A stretch of 64,000 nucleotides of DNA, taken from the NCBI RefSeq assembly GCF_009914755.1, contig NC_060932.1. The stretch is one strand, 5' to 3'. A program made the position numbers and the translations under genes. Shown piece by piece: positions 1 through 15,815 of the stretch. A model generated the notes under the pieces. The model searched no databases. It saw only the letters and a list, made by a program, of their open reading frames with translations, and was not told where the DNA came from. Every line of letters starts with the position of its first letter. Positions within the stretch are counted from its first letter, which is position 1. The stretch comes from the human T2T-CHM13v2.0 reference genome, Homo sapiens.

Positions 1-54
1 ACATGGAGACGTCTACAGAAGAGAAGGAAAACTTACCCGGAGGATACAGTGGAA
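1..54 (+). CDS. MCPH1: MCPH1 (microcephalin) exon 8, 3' end (partial)
   Basis: Reads (D)METSTEEKENLPGGYSG, then donor A|GTATGT at 55; phase 1 joins the next exon to give Ser; peptide recognised as microcephalin. Confidence 0.93.
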
Positions 55-1100
55 GTATGTGAATCTCCTTTTCCAAGTCACCTTCGCTAAATAAACATGT
101 AACAGTGCATCCATATTTTAAATTTATCACAACTTTTTCATAACTTATTTCCCCATTTACTCCTCTTTTTACTTAAAGAATGTGCATTTGATCATTCCAA
201 TGATAAACTCTTTAGGAATAGATGACTTGCTGTCTTGTGGAACTTCTAGACTTATTGGTTAAGTCTGTTAGGAATCTATTTCTCCAAGACTTTTCCTTCT
301 TATAGGTCAAAAGGATAAGTAGTCCATAGTATGAATAACTGAGGGGAGTGAAGTCTTTTTCCTTATTCCATTGGAGTCTTGGCGCTGCAGCGTGTGTAAA
401 GATGTATACGATAGAGAGTATTTTAAAACCTAGGTTCTTAATAGTGAGGCTATTTAAAGAAAGAAATTAAGGTAGATTAAGCCATCGATTGTATCAAAGA
501 GAAAGTGTGAAAAACTACTTTTAGAAATCTGTTGTCAATATTGATTTTTGAAGAAACTTTGGTCAGTGTTAACTATGAAGAAACATTTAAACATTTTTGC
601 TCATTTGTAACAAGCCTTGTTTAACTTGTACTTATTTTGCTTGAAGCATCACTTGAAAAGGTTTACTCCTATTCATAATTTAATTGTAATTATAATAAAC
701 CATATCATTTTATTAAAAGTCAAAACAATAAAAAATTTTGCACTTCACAGTTATAAGCACAAATAGGTTCCAGCAACCAAAATTGAAGAAATCTTGAACT
801 TTGACCGTCTTTACCTAAAGATTAGGTTAAAATTTGAGTGAGAATGCATTCTCTCTGCATGATTTCTCTGCTCTACAAATGTTTTAACTGCCTCTTTGAA
901 GGTGGAGAAGTCATGGTAGCGTTTGAAATCATCACAGACATGTTACATACCTTTTCCTTGAGTATACGCTCCCCAAAATTGTTTCACAAAAAGAATGAAA
1001 ATAATTTTATGTTTTTGGCCTGCTATTTATATCTTGGCTTTCTGAACATATATTAAATTTGACAAGAAACTGTATTTTATGTTCCATTAGCCTTAGTATG
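55..1100 (+). other. MCPH1: Intron-8 read-through stop and candidate 3' UTR of the short MCPH1 isoform lacking exons 9-14
   Basis: Unspliced frame gives AGT ATG TGA (54-62); AATAAA at 90, 694, 727 and ATTAAA at 712, 1052; such an isoform is known; 3' end not fixed by sequence. Confidence 0.6.
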
Positions 1101-2028
1101 TGTTTTCAAAATATTTATTTTAAAATGTTGACTCAAAAGTTAATATAAAACAATAGATGTGTAAAATTCTTTGGTAGTTAAGAATATCCTGTTCTGAGGT
1201 TTACATTCTCCATCTTTCCAGTTTTCACCTTGTGTATTTTTTAAACTTTTGAATAATAATGACATGGAAATGTAAATTAAGTAGGAAAAAGCTGGTAGCA
1301 AACAGTGTGGCATGGCCTAAAATCCCCGTGTTGTTGGGAGTGTGCTAGTCCTCGGAAGCAGGTGTGTTATGTTCTAGAACACTGCCCCCCTGCGTCGACA
1401 GCCTCCGGGGTTGGGGGTAAGTAGAAGGGGGTGAGGGGCCAGCACTAGTTGACTCAAGGCACCCTGGTGGGGACGGAGAGGTTTTTTCGCTCAGTGGTGC
1501 AGGCCATCAGGCAGGGCCCGGGTGCAAGAAAACATTCTGTGTGCGCTAGTGCGAGAGGATCTTCTACAGTCACCTGCCTTCATGCCATTACAGACAGACG
1601 GGAAGTCACTGGGTTCTAGGACATAAAAAGACCTACATGTTGGCTAGCCTAAATCGAACCCTTTTGTAGTAATAAAGATTCATCAATGTTTTAAACTGTC
1701 CCCTGTCAGCCCCCTGGGACTCAGGTGAACCAACTCTCTTTGGGAATCTATCTTAGAAGATGAAACCATAAAGCCTTCAGTTTCAGTGTCAGGGATGCAC
1801 ACTCTATATCTGGTGAAATTATGGAGGGGTGAAAACTTCTGTACAGCAAACTGTACCTCCAAATCTTTAATGTCGAAATAAAGGGCTTTTTGCCATTTCT
1901 GTTTTCAGTTCACTTTTACTTGTTGCTGTTGTCAGTATCTAAGATACAGTGTAAAAAAGGCTTCAAAAACAAGTTACAAAGAGCTTCAATACGCTGATAG
2001 AACGGGAACTGAGCGAGAAACAATTTTG

Positions 2029-2341
2029 GTTTTGTTTTGTTTTGTTTTTTAGTTTTTTTTGAGACATAGTCTCGCTCTTGACGCCCAGGTTGGAGTGCAG
2101 TGGCACAATCTCAGCTCACTGCAACCTCCGCCTCCCGAGTTCAAGCAAGTCTCTGCCTCCGCCTCCCGAGTAACTGGGATTACAGGCACCCATCACCATG
2201 CCCAGCTAATTTTGTTGTATTTTTAGTAGAGATGGGGTTTCACGTCTTGGCCAGGCTGGTCTTGAACTCGCGACCTCATGATCTACCCTCCTCGGCCTCC
2301 CAAAGTGTTGGGATTACAGGCGTGAGCTACCGCGCCCGGCC
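2029..2341 (-). mobile_element. Alu (AluS-like)
   Basis: Full dimeric Alu; TSD AACAATTTTG. Confidence 0.93.
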
Positions 2342-2529
2342 AACAATTTTGTTTTCTAAAATCTTTAAAATCATTAATTTTTTTCTTTTTTACTTTTTTA
2401 TTCTCTTAATTTTATAAACAGTACACAGATACATTCCCATTGTAACAAAGATTGCTAAGAAGACTAGAATTTCCATCTCCTCACTTGCCTCTTTTCACTA
2501 ATTCACTTCCTAACTAATGAAAGACATGC

Positions 2530-3060
2530 ACCCGTTGTGTCTCAGGTGCTCTTCAAGTTTGTGGGGACATAGAGAATGAAGCAGCGTGCACCCTCATAGA
2601 GGAAGACAAATAGTAAATAAGTGTATAACAATGTCAGCTAGCAAGCAGTTAATGATAAAAAGAAAAACAATACTGCATTGGATAGATAAGGTGACCAACG
2701 AAGGCTTCCCTGAGAAGGTGACATCCGATCACAGGCCTGGGGAGGGAGAGGGAGCCTGTGACTCTGTCAAAATCCATGTTTCAGCTGGAGGTAACAGCAG
2801 GAACAAATGTCCTGATGGAGGAAAATGCTTGCAGGAACAACGGGGAGGCCAGTACAGCAAGGACTTCCTGAGCTGCAGGAAGGAGGTTGGAGAGGGGTAA
2901 GAGCCAGAGCTTTGGGACCTTCAGTCTCTGACAAGGCGGGCAGCTGTTTTGTTTTGAAGTGTGATGAGAAGCCATTGGGGCTTTTGAACAGGGGAACAAC
3001 CAAATCTGATTTAGGTTTTAAATGTAACCATGGACACTGAAGAACAGACTGTGGGTTGGA
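2530..3060 (-). mobile_element. L2 fragment
   Basis: L2-like motifs GAAGGCTTCCCTGAGAAGGTGACAT and GAGAAGCCATTGG...TTTGAACAGGG; ends approximate. Confidence 0.65.
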
Positions 3061-3282
3061 GTGTTTGTCTGCACGAAGCAGCCACTGTCCACAGTTTAAT
3101 ATTTCCTTCCACACATTTCTTGTGTGTGTGTCTACAAGCATACAACTGCAAATAGATATTTTAAGAGAATTTTTTGCATGCATAGAATTATATTGCCTTA
3201 AAAATTGCTTTTTACAAAAGCAGTATGTCATATATTTACATATTGGTACCAGTAAATCTTCATTTTCTAATAGAGCCTATAG

Positions 3283-4290
<1,008 letters not shown>

Positions 4291-5229
4291 TATTTGTGGA
4301 AATGCGTCCCACCTGACCCTTGGCACTGCCAATCACAGCTCTTCAACCACCGAAAGTCAGTTTGAATTGCCAAGTAGTTAAAGCCGACTGGTCATCCTGA
4401 ACTAGTGCACAGCTTGGCTTCTAGTTGCTTTTCACGAAGGAGACACAGTTGTCCTATAGGTGCCGTGTGTTCACTAGCAAAAGCAGAAAAGTCCTTCCTA
4501 TACCCCACTTGTCCATGGGTTTGATACAGATTTTCTTCTTTGCTGTGTGTGATGGATTTTTACATGTCAGCACCTTGTACATACGTGTTGTGAGCTTATC
4601 TGAGCAATTTGGTCATGTCCAACTACCAGGGTCTTGTTCATCGATAATAGTCACCAGTTGTTGGAGGTCAATGATGGTTAACTACTCTTCTACCTTCTAT
4701 CTACCAGATCTTGTTGAAGGCAAGTATCAGAAAGACATTTATTAAACATTTATTGGCAAGCAGTTAGGAAGTGGTCCACAAATTGACCAATATGCTGAAG
4801 GCCCAGTTCTCTGTCCTTTAGTGCAGTGTCCATACTTTATCTGAAAGGTTTGCTGGAGGCAGACAACATTCTATGGGCAAGTTTCTGCAAACTTGCACTC
4901 AGCACCAGACCATCGTGTATCCTTTGACCCTGTGGTTTATTATAGGGTCATTTAGGGATTAAGCCTTGGATACCACCTCCAGGGATACCAGCCACAACTC
5001 ATACTAGATGGTTATGCTCTGTTCTGTGTGGGTATTGGGTTCCCCTGCAATATTTAAGCCAATTCAGTGTTCTTGAATCCATGAATTTAACCAATAAGAA
5101 ACTGTTTCTCACATCCATTATGCTGATTAACAAGCTGATGATGTCACCAATAACCACTCATTTTTGTCATCCATTTTGGCTTTTAACAAAGCATCTAATA
5201 TTGGGCTGGAGGATTTACAGGAGTTGGGG

Positions 5230-5496
5230 TTTTTTGTTGTTGTTGTTTTGAGATAGCGTCTCACTCTGTCACCCAAATTGGAGTGCAGTGACATGATCGC
5301 AGCTCAATGCAGCCTCAACTTACTGGGCTCAAGTGATCCTCCCACCTCAGCATCCTGAGTAGCTGGGACTACAGACGCAGGCCACCACACTCGGCTACGT
5401 TCCCCAGGCTGGTCTCCAACTTCTGAGCTCATGCAATCTGCCCGCCTCTGCCTCCCAAAGTGCTGGGATTACAGTTGTGAGCCACTGTGCCCAGCC
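5230..5496 (-). mobile_element. Alu (AluJ-like, linker deleted)
   Basis: Both arms present, central A-rich linker missing. Confidence 0.85.
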
Positions 5497-7002
5497 TATG
5501 GTATAGTACATTTTGCAAATTCTGAGCATTCAAGAGGAACTGTGAATTACTATTGTTGCAAATAAATAGATAGACATATATTCATTAAGTATGTTAAATT
5601 GTTGCACTTTTGACTCTTCAAATAATTCACAAGTGTATTAAGAACCCCCTTTCCCATAGCCTGCCAGCCTAACTCACTGGGGCTGCAAAACTAAGCAATC
5701 CTAGCAACTTGATGTGGGTTAGTCAGTCTTAACAGAAGGCTATTGACCACTTAACTGTTTGGTTGATTCATTCATTCATTTACATATTCATTTTTTATCT
5801 GTCAGATGTTTACTCCGTATCTACTATGTCCAATGTATAAACAGTGAGAGAGGTAAGGTTAATAGAAAGCTCTGTCCCTTGCTTTAAAGAACTTAGCTAA
5901 GTAGGGAAGGTACAGTCAAGATAGTTTACACACAAGTATCAGGAAATTCAAAAGTCAGAGCAATTACTTTCAGTGGGAATTAAAATTGATATTGGAATGA
6001 CCTCTACAACGATTACAAAGGATAAAATTCCGCATTATCTATTGAAGAGTGTTTTTGTTTTTTTCAGAATGAACAAAGTGAACTTGATATTTTAATAGAT
6101 GAATATGAATACAGTCTCGTTAGCAGAGTTTTACTTGTGTAGAACCCGTATAACTTGCATATATACCAAAGGTATCTCTGGAAAGGAATTTTTCCTAGGT
6201 GTCTTTTAAGATTCTTTCCAGTCTTAATATTTTGCATACTACATTGTAAAATAATTTCATATTCAAATTTTTGAAGCTTAGAAGACATTTCTCATTGGAT
6301 AATGTTAAGTGTATATTTTTACATGTTAAAATTATGGATTATTCAGCCTTCAGAAGCCTTTTCAACCCTTGACTCTTGCATAGTGCATTGTAAGAGTAAA
6401 TACTAATTGTTTAAATGTGTTATTAATATTAGCATTGTTAGTCTTAATTCTGTATCTTGGAAGTAGGAAAGTAGGATGTGGAGGAAAATAAATGTTAAAA
6501 ATAAGAGTTATTTCTTCGGCCTTAGCTCTAGACAAAATTTGACACAAGCCAAGTTTCTCCTACAGTCTTTTCATCGTCCACTTCTTCATCTCTCCCTTTC
6601 CTAGTATTTAAGTTACATGTGTCCTTATACTGTCTTGCCCTGGATCTGGCTCCAAAGTGATCATATTAGTCATTTTCTTCTCTTTTCCCTCAGTATCAAT
6701 ACTTTTCCTTAATCTTGCTTATCTCTGTTGAGTAGCTGAAGGTTGTGATTTAACTAATTCACACTGAGAGGTGAGTGAGTGATCATTTACTAGCTTTCAT
6801 TGATGTGTTTGCATTTTGATGGTATTATTAATCCAAACTAATTTCCAAATGGTGAAATTTCAGATAACTGAAAGATAAAAATGTGGGGTCTGTCAGATTC
6901 ATTTCCGTATTTGATCATTTCGTGAAAACGAAGTCAATGAATTGTGTGTGTAATGAGGTTGGGAGGAAAATGAGAGGAAGATATATGGCTTTCACAGGGA
7001 AA

Positions 7003-7338
7003 TGCTGTGGACCAAATTGTGTCCTTTGACCCCCACATTTATTTACTGAAGGTCTAACCCTCAATGGGATAACATTTGGATAGGGTGATCTTTGGAAGAT
7101 AATTAGGTTTAGATGAGGTCTTGAAGATGGGGGCTTCATGATGAGATTAGGACCATTATAAAAAGACCAGAGAACTGGCTTCCTCTCTCTCTGCCATGTG
7201 AAGACAGCAAGAAGGTAGCCTCCTTCAAGCCAGGAAGAAAGCCTTCACCGGAACCCGACCATGGGGGCACCGTGATCTCGGCCTTCAGGCCACCAAATCT
7301 GTGGTATTTTGTTATGGTAGCCCCAGCCGAAGAAGACA
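7003..7338 (+). mobile_element. MaLR solo LTR (MLT1A-like)
   Basis: TG...CA ends; motifs TAATTAGGTTTAGATGAGGTC and TGTGGTATTTTGTTATGGTAGCCCCAGCC. Confidence 0.8.
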
Positions 7339-9616
7339 GACATTCATCCAACTGGGGTGTGTTGGAGGAAGAGCAGCTAAAGGGTGCATGTTCGTTGGAA
7401 TTTCTTGGAGACATTCAAAATAGATGTCCATTAGGTAGTTGGATATAGCCAGCCATACCTCAGCTGGGAGGTCTAGACAAGGTACAGAGAATTAGGTCTC
7501 TTCAGTAATGGACGACTTTATGGGAAGTGATGAAATCACCTTGGGGAGTGAGAAGGGAGCTGATGACAACCCATGAAAAAACCACACTTAGGAGCAAACA
7601 CGAATAAAGAGTCATCCAAGAAGTGGGAGAGTCAGGAAGAGGAGGGTAGGTGTTTGTTTACAGACCTCCTGCCAAAAGTGGAGTCCAACTAATCTTTCCA
7701 CAGATGTTTTCAGAAGTACTTTGCACTCTCAACTGCTTTGGGTTTACCGATGTCAATGTTAAAACCCACTGGCAAATTAGTGTGGCAGAGTTTATGAAAT
7801 GTTTTAAATAAACAAATCATTTACTTAGATCATTTTTTGACTTCAGGATTTGTGAAATTGTGAAAACATGTTAACAATATCAGTCTTTTTTTTTTTTTAA
7901 TATCAGTCTTTCTTAAGTTTTAAAAGATTGTGTTGCATTTCTTAGAACTTTATGTTTATAAAATGCTTTACAGCCTGTTTCGTTGTTCGGCAAGAACTGA
8001 GGCAAGTGGCTATTATAAAACTTTTATTGAATACACTAGGAAGCTGCAAATTTATTCATGACTCAATAACAGAGCACTACGTCCCAAATTATATCTCTAG
8101 TCCACTGCTTTTCCGATTTTGACACACTCATGCTTCAAGTAAATATTTGTTATTTAAAAAGGAAAATAAGTGCGTAGTAGATATAATTAATAATTCTAAT
8201 TATTTTTAATCTTAAAGACGATAGGAGATTGCATTCATGTTCTACCCCGGGGGATAAAGTGGGCCTGGGAGAAAAGTCAGTGCAAGTCAACCATAAAAGA
8301 TACCTGAGGAGGTACGGGATCAGTCAGGATGTGACTGGTTTGAGTCTCGAGTGGATTCAGTATTAGGGATTATGGCAAAGAGTGTAGGTTGGTAGGTTTG
8401 TGGTTTAGAACTGGACCTTAAAATCTGTCCAGGGCCCAGGCTGCAAATAACAACTAGCTTGAATTCAGGAAAGTATTAACATTTTTATTCTACATCCTTT
8501 TTCACTGAGATAGGACCCTGTTTTTGAAAAGAGTGACAGTTTTTACCTTAGACTCTCCAAACTTAGTTATAGCTGGCTTTATAGCATTTTATCTGCAAAG
8601 AAGTCTTTCTCATGTTATATGATTTTTAATCTCTGAGGGCACTGATGTTAATTTCACGTTGCATTATATTTATTCATCTGCATCTACATTGTCTATTGGG
8701 TTGTGAGCTCCCTAAGTGTGGGACTATATCTTGTGCATTTTGCATCTCCAGTGGGTAGATGATTAGCTATTTGTTAATCATTAGGTAATCAACAGTGCAG
8801 TTTGGCTATCACCTGCCTGGCAGGTTCTAGTACCCCCTAGGCTGCTACATAACTTTTGCGTCAAAGTTTGCATTATACCATTGAGACCATGTTATGGTCC
8901 ATGTTAGCTCCTCCTTCAAAATCCCATGTAAGTCATAAAGTAGGCAAACTGTTTGAAGGAGGAGGAAGGGTGAGAGTAAGAGGCACCCTCTGAGGCAGTA
9001 GATGAGTCAAATCAAAGTACACATTTCACATTTCATCGTGGGTTACTTAGGTCTACAGAGGTTAGCATCTAAGGAAACCACATTTCACTTGAATGAGTAT
9101 CCTTTTGGTTTGTGTGTCTTCATGGCAAGACGCTGGTCTAAGGTGGAAACTTGGGGGGAGTAAAATCATCATCCATCATTTGTAGGTTGAAGCCTGAAGC
9201 TCTGTACTGAAGACTATTTTCTAGAAAATCTCAAACTGACCCCAAAACTTAGATTAATTATTGCCTCTAATATGGAACTGCCTACTCTGAAGAGCTGTTC
9301 TTTGTCATTATTTTAAAATCTAAGAATTTAAGTTTGACGAGTGCGTAAGGTATGGGTATACATTTTCTTACATTATCAAATGGACGGAGTTGATGCTGTA
9401 GAACACTGTAACCTGATTGTTACCGACCATTGAATTAAGTGAATTGCTTGGGATATTGGAATGTAATAAACTGAAAGTTCTAGATAGATCTCAAAGAGCC
9501 AGATATATACAATTTATTTAAAAGGCCTATAACTTCCTGTTTCCATTATGCATAAATGTGATTTTTGTTTTGCTTAAGTTGTATTTGGTCCATGTAAAGT
9601 TCTAACTAATTTTTAA

Positions 9617-9751
<135 letters not shown>

Positions 9752-11800
9752 TAAAAATATTATTTTAAACTTTCAAATGCTGATACATCATAATGTTCTT
9801 CTCTGGGTCAATGAAACATAAACCAGTCTATCTGACTTGTCTTTTATTTTAAAAAATTGATTATGGGTAAATGCTGGAAAACTCAGAATATGAAACTGAA
9901 AGCGTTGTTTGCATTCCAGACAAAGAGTTATTATTGATAGAGCAAGCTTTCTCATATCACTTTGCTAATGCATTTCTTATAAAAATGCCTGTAGCTTCTC
10001 TCAAGCAGAGAATGTTGGTTGTGCCAGTGTTTCTTGCCATTTTATAATCGGAATAAATATTTACTAGGTAGGAGGTGAAGAATCCAAACATTCATTCACT
10101 TTTGAACTAACCAAGTCTTGACCTCAAGCCATCAGAGTGAAAGGTTTATATACTAACACTCAGGTACACCCTTCACTTTGTGGTTTTGGCTTTAAAACCT
10201 TGCTCTTCCTCTGAAAGACTCCGCTGATCCTCTTACATGAGTAATAGAATGAGGATTTTAAATGTTTTTATCATTCAATATCTACTTGCATTGCTTAAAT
10301 TTAAAATTAGCCATATATATTATACCTTGTGCCTCATTTTTATGAGGCCAAAAAAGTATAATGTAGTGAAACCTGAATTCAGAATGGTAGGGAAAAACCA
10401 TACCGATTGAAAAGCAACAGATGAAAAGAATGACAGAGTAGATGGGTCTGCATGGGGCTTCCAGGTCCTGATACGCAGGCTTGAACAGATGGGCGGCTGC
10501 ATTTGACCTGCGGAAGAGAAACCTGACTCCTTTGCTTCTTATCTTGGCAATGGTTAAAAGACATTTAAAATTACACAGATTTCATGAAAGTTGGCAGTAA
10601 CTTGTAGAAACTTAGATTTCTTTATTGATGCTTTCTGGTTTGTCTCGGAAAAAAAAGTGGAGCAAGAAAATGGAAAGGAACCCTATTTCAGGTAAAGCAA
10701 CAGATGTGGAGAGAGAGAGACTGTCAGGGTCCCATAACATGTTTGTGGCGTGGGCAACACCAAGGCACCTGCTCTACAATGGCGTTGCGCACTGTGACTC
10801 CACTGCAGCCTGCGGGACCTGCTCAGCGCGCTGCCTCCCAGGGGTGGGGCCCTTCCTAGAACGCTCGCAACACTGTGGCTGAGTTTGTGTTTTGCGTCCC
10901 AGTTTCTCAGTCTTCTTCCTACTGCTACATGGCCGCTTGACCTAGTTCATTTGGAAAGAAATAAAGAACCAGTTTCCTTTGCATCTACTACCGTTCCCGT
11001 GCCTCTCCTGCTGATGCGTCGCATGGCACCACAGCTCTGTTCTGTGCCCTCCCGCTTTACTGACCCTTTACCCTCTGCCAGTGTCTGCCCAGGGAAGCCG
11101 TGGTACCTCTCATCTCTATTGGTACTCTACGTTGTACCATGTCTGGCTTTTTTTTTTTTTAAGTGCTCAGTAAATATTGAGTGTTGAGTTACTTGTTACT
11201 CACCATAAAAATACTCCGTCCTGTCTGATCAAAAGGCATGAGGTTTGACTTTCTCATTTGCCCACAGTGGAAGTTACTGTTTCAGACGAGTGGTATTGCC
11301 TTCCTGTGCCTGGGATAGCCCTGAATCTGATGGGCTGGGTCTGTGGAAGCACTGGGTTAGGGACAGGCATCCTGGGCGGGAGTGTGGCCCCTTCTTCCTT
11401 ATGAGGCATCTCACTGTAAATGGCATATGAATGGGAGATGGGTACCTGTTTGACTTTCTGGCATTCTTCTGTAGATCAAATAGTAAGTGCTCCATAAATA
11501 TAAGGTGGTATTACTGTCTTGAGTAATGATAAAAGAATGAGTGGTCAGAGAGGGAGACAAAATACACAATTACAAATACACACCTCCATATCTGCCTTCA
11601 ACTGCTGTGCTCAGGAACAAAAATATTTTCATATATTAAACTGCCTAACTTGCTCAAATTTAAGTCTTCTTTTAAAAATATTTTAAGAGTATTAGTAAAC
11701 TTTGCCCTCATAATTTAGAATGTCATTTCTGAAACGAATCCACCACTTCTGGTTCTGTGTGAAGAATCACTCAAAGCAGGTTTTAAATGCAGATTTTCTG

Positions 11801-12111
11801 GGCCAGTCATGGTGGCTCATGCCTATAATCCCGGTACTTTGGGGCGGGCGGATCACTTGAGGTCAGGAGTTCGAGACCAGCCTGGCCAACGTGGCAAAAC
11901 CCTGGCCAACATGGCAAAATCCCGTCTCTACAAAAAACACAAAAATTGGCCAGGCCTGGTGGTGGGCACCTGTAATCCCAGCTGCTCAAGAGACTGAGGT
12001 GGGAGAATCACCTGAACCCAGGAAGGGGAGGTTGCAGTGAGTCGAGATCATGCCACTGCACTCCAGCCTGGGCGACAGAGTGAGACTCTGTCTCAAAAAT
12101 AAATAAATAAA
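11801..12111 (+). mobile_element. Alu (AluS) with internal 20-bp duplication
   Basis: Full Alu; TSD TAAATGCWGATTTTCT. Confidence 0.93.
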
Positions 12112-12369
12112 TGCTGATTTTCTGGCCCCACCTGAGACCCTCCTGGCCAGCAGCTCCCGACCCCAGTGCGGCACCCCGTCCTTAACGTGGAGGGGACGAA
12201 CACCTAGTGAGGGCGAAGAATCCACCTTCTGTATTGCGTCTCGCCAATAGCAGAAGGAGCAAGACCTAGGTTTCCCCTCTTTCACAGGATTTTCTTCCTA
12301 ATCCAGTCCTTATTAGTGTTCACCGCACAGCCTTTGCTTGAATGAATCAAAAACTCCTAATGCCCTAGG

Positions 12370-12545
12370 GTAGTGCTTCCTGACTGGGCTGCGCATTGGA
12401 CTCACCTGGGGATCTGTAAGGTTTGTGGCTGCCTGGCCCCAAGCCAGACATGCTGGTGTCATTAATATGGGGTGCACCCTGGCCACTAGGATTTTTTTAA
12501 ACTCCTGAGGTGATTCTAATGCAAAGCAGAGTTTGGAAACTACTG
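12370..12545. mobile_element. MER5-type hAT MITE
   Basis: TCACCTGGGGA...GGTGATTCTAATGCAAAGCAGAGTTTGGAAACTACTG. Confidence 0.7.
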
Positions 12546-12680
12546 CCTTGGGACTTTTAGAATTTAAACAAGTAATTTATCCTAGAAGAAGTTTCATTTC
12601 TTTCTAAACATTTCTCATGTAAAGTTGTTTCATTTTTAGACTCTAAAATTAAAGACCAAGGCTTAAAGTCCTGATTTGCG

Positions 12681-13436
<756 letters not shown>

Positions 13437-13739
13437 AGCAACATTAAATTTTAAGTATATAACTTCCCAGTAGTTTGAGATCTTTTGATATGAGCATGGG
13501 GAGAGAAGTTTATGTTGATATGTGGTAATGAGTCCACAGAAACACTAAAATTTAGTTTCCTGGTTTTAAAAGTATACAGTGGAATTGTGGAAGGATTGAA
13601 TTGGTGAATTAAAATTAGAAGCTTCTGAGTAGCAGCCTACAAATATAATGTTAGTATCTCAACCATTCTTTTTTTCCCATTAAATAGGTTTTACCTGCTT
13701 ATTTTGTTCCTTGTTAGATTTCAAGATAAACTGTGTTAA

Positions 13740-13951
<212 letters not shown>

Positions 13952-14489
13952 TAGATTCTATTAAGCACAAAATTGTTTCTATTTCCTAAAGAAAACAAAA
14001 TCTTGTAATTGAATATTAATGTTGAAAAAGGGAGAGTTTACAGGAAATATCTTTCACCAGCTAATGACTGAAGCAATGCCTCTACTAGAATGGAGAACAG
14101 TAAGGTCTGGGCCTGACATTTTTATGTTTTCACTTGAGAGCCAGCCTACATGCTATTTCTGTAGTGAGGAAAATGATTTGAAACTCAGATGTGTCCCGTG
14201 GCCCTAATGACTTTATTTTCTTTTTAGTTTTAAATCTGAAGTAGCACTTGCAGGTAATGTCCTATCTGGGCAGCCCTGCAGACAGGACTGTCAGTCGATG
14301 AGAGCTGTCAGTCGTGAGTTCTGAGTAATGTGAAGGTGCCAGGTAGAAGGTACAAAGGCAAGAAAGGTGGGAAGGCCTGGAGCCTGTGCGAAGAGCAGCA
14401 CGGCCTTGGTGTGGCCCGGGGATGGATGCAGAACCGCGAGAAGAGAGAGGCTGACTTCAGCCACGGCCACGGGCTCTGGGGTTAGACTG

Positions 14490-15200
14490 CTCTCATCTTT
14501 GGTTTTCTGTAGGTTCATTGTGATTGTTGTACCAGAGTATTGTTTTTGTTGTTTATTTACTTGAGAGTCACAGGCCGTCCTGTCTTTGATCTGTTCTGGA
14601 AACTTCTCCACTGTGATTTCTTTTGCCTGTTTTCTCACGCCTCCATTGCTGGGAACGCAATCTCGTGTGCTATCCTTTGCTTCTATAGCCCATGTCTCAT
14701 GATTTTCCTCTATTTCTTTCCTCTTGTATCTCCTTATTTCATTCTGGATGTCTTCTATTGGTTTCTTTTCCATTTCACCTTTGACTCTTTTTAAGTCTAT
14801 TCTGATGCTAAATCCATATACTGAGTTTTAACATGTATTATTTTTCAGTCCCTGCTATTCCATTTATTTTTTTTAATTATTTTTTGTAGAGATGGGGGTC
14901 TCTCCACGTTGGCCAGGCTGGTCTCGAACGCCTGGTCTCAAACAATCCTCCTACCTCGTCCTCCCAGGGTACTGGGATTACAGGCGGGAGCCTTCATGCC
15001 CTCTATTTGATTTATAAAAACCATTTCCAGTTCTCTGTCAAAATTATTAATCCTATCTTTTATTTATTTGAACATATTATGCATATTTCTTTTGAAATAA
15101 CTCCCTTTTCTGGCTCCCCTCAATTTCTGTTTTTCTTATCTGTTGTTTTCAATCATACGTTCCATATCTAATATGCCTGGTTAGTTTGTCTTTATCTTCC
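14490..15200 (-). mobile_element. Old L1 ORF1 region, interrupted by an Alu left-arm fragment (14868-15000)
   Basis: ORF 14291-14773 contains ORF1p-like KEITVEKFPEQIKD and ITMNLQKTKDE. Confidence 0.55.
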
Positions 15201-15815
15201 TAGCAGGGACTGAGATGATCTGGAGCTGGGGTTCTGTCTCTGTGAGGCTAGCTGTCCCCTGGGAGTGTGGGCTTCTGACTCTGGTTCACCTCCTCTTCCA
15301 TGGGTTTCTTCTTCCATGACTCACTGATTTAGTAGCTGGGCAACGTCTGCAAATAGCTGGGGCTTGTTTGTTTGTTTGCATCTTGTCCAGCTTTTCTGAG
15401 GGCTCACAGTGAGGAGCCTATTTCAAACTACTTAGTCCACCATTCCTGGAGACGATGGGTGAATTTTAACGGCCACTTAACTTTTCTAAATAGAGTTTTG
15501 GTGTGAATGCTTCTCTGAGAAGACAGCAGTAAGAGGCCAAGTCAAGAGAAATGATTTTTGAGATGAACACGTAGGTCAGTTTGCAAAAGACACACTAAAC
15601 ACCTGAATTGACATTAATTCAGTTTCTCTTAAAGAGTGAAAAAAACCATGATTCCATGAAGAATTATAGAATCTCAGAGCTATAACTTCCATTAGCTTTT
15701 TTTTTGGTGTAATGCCCATTTTTAATGGCAAAAATCACTCTATAAATCAGCCAGAAAAAGAGTCTGTTTTTTTTTAGACTTATTTTAAATATACTTGTTT
15801 CAAATTTGTTGAGAC

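Noticed and set aside
1455-1475. CTCF-like motif (also near 42835)
   Set aside because: Mismatches at core positions; not supportable without ChIP data
4300-5220. Continuation of the hAT transposase or another old element
   Set aside because: I could not read a recognisable peptide or repeat consensus; left unassigned
14291-14773. 160-aa ORF as a new protein
   Set aside because: The charged N-terminal half resembles decayed L1 ORF1p; the rest has no recognisable features
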